Shown here piece after piece: positions 63,866 through 64,000 of a stretch of 64,000 nt of DNA. A program made the position numbers and the translations under genes. The stretch's first letter is position 1, and every line of letters begins with the position of its first letter. The stretch covers positions 806,001 to 870,000 of the forward strand of contig JBHGNT010000015.1 of the NCBI GenBank assembly GCA_043228905.1. Direction: 5' to 3'. The DNA comes from Azolla caroliniana (lineage: Eukaryota; Plantae; Polypodiophyta). Under the pieces are notes generated by a model. It did not search any database, was not told the origin of the DNA, and worked only from the letters and a program-made list of their open reading frames with translations.

Positions 63866-64000
63866 TTTGATGGCTTCCTCTAGGTCTAATGATGTAAATC
63901 CACCACAATGTATAACACTTTAGATATTGGATGAAGTTATGCAAATGTGTAGTTATCGAAAACAAATCAGCACAAATAAGGAGATACAACCATGTGTGGC

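Overview
Eukaryotic, AT-rich land-plant genomic DNA; the retroelement families and gene structures look fern-like, but this is inference. Five intron-containing host genes can be built with GT-AG junctions: a 247-aa plant membrane protein (-), two-domain fibrillin FBN10/PAP12 (-), WDR83/MORG1 (-), an NDL/SF21 (NDRG-family) gene (+) and the 3' part of mitochondrial ribosomal protein L27 (-). Between the divergent WDR83 and NDL genes lies a ~24-kb LTR-retrotransposon pile-up (28.4-52.1 kb). It contains (i) a young 4.8-kb Ty3/Gypsy element with 243-bp LTRs, a 4-bp TSD, a tRNA-Ala-like PBS, no chromodomain and a gag/pol junction combining GGAAAAC, TAATG and a hairpin; and (ii) a decayed Athila-like Gypsy that was hit by a Copia, which was in turn hit by a solo LTR (itself hit by another solo LTR) and by an intact Copia. 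The rest holds LINE remnants, a solo LTR, a hAT-like non-autonomous element, local tandem duplications and microsatellites. No CRISPR array, rRNA or tRNA gene is supported. The most unusual object is the short-LTR Gypsy. I see no convincing novel multi-gene system.
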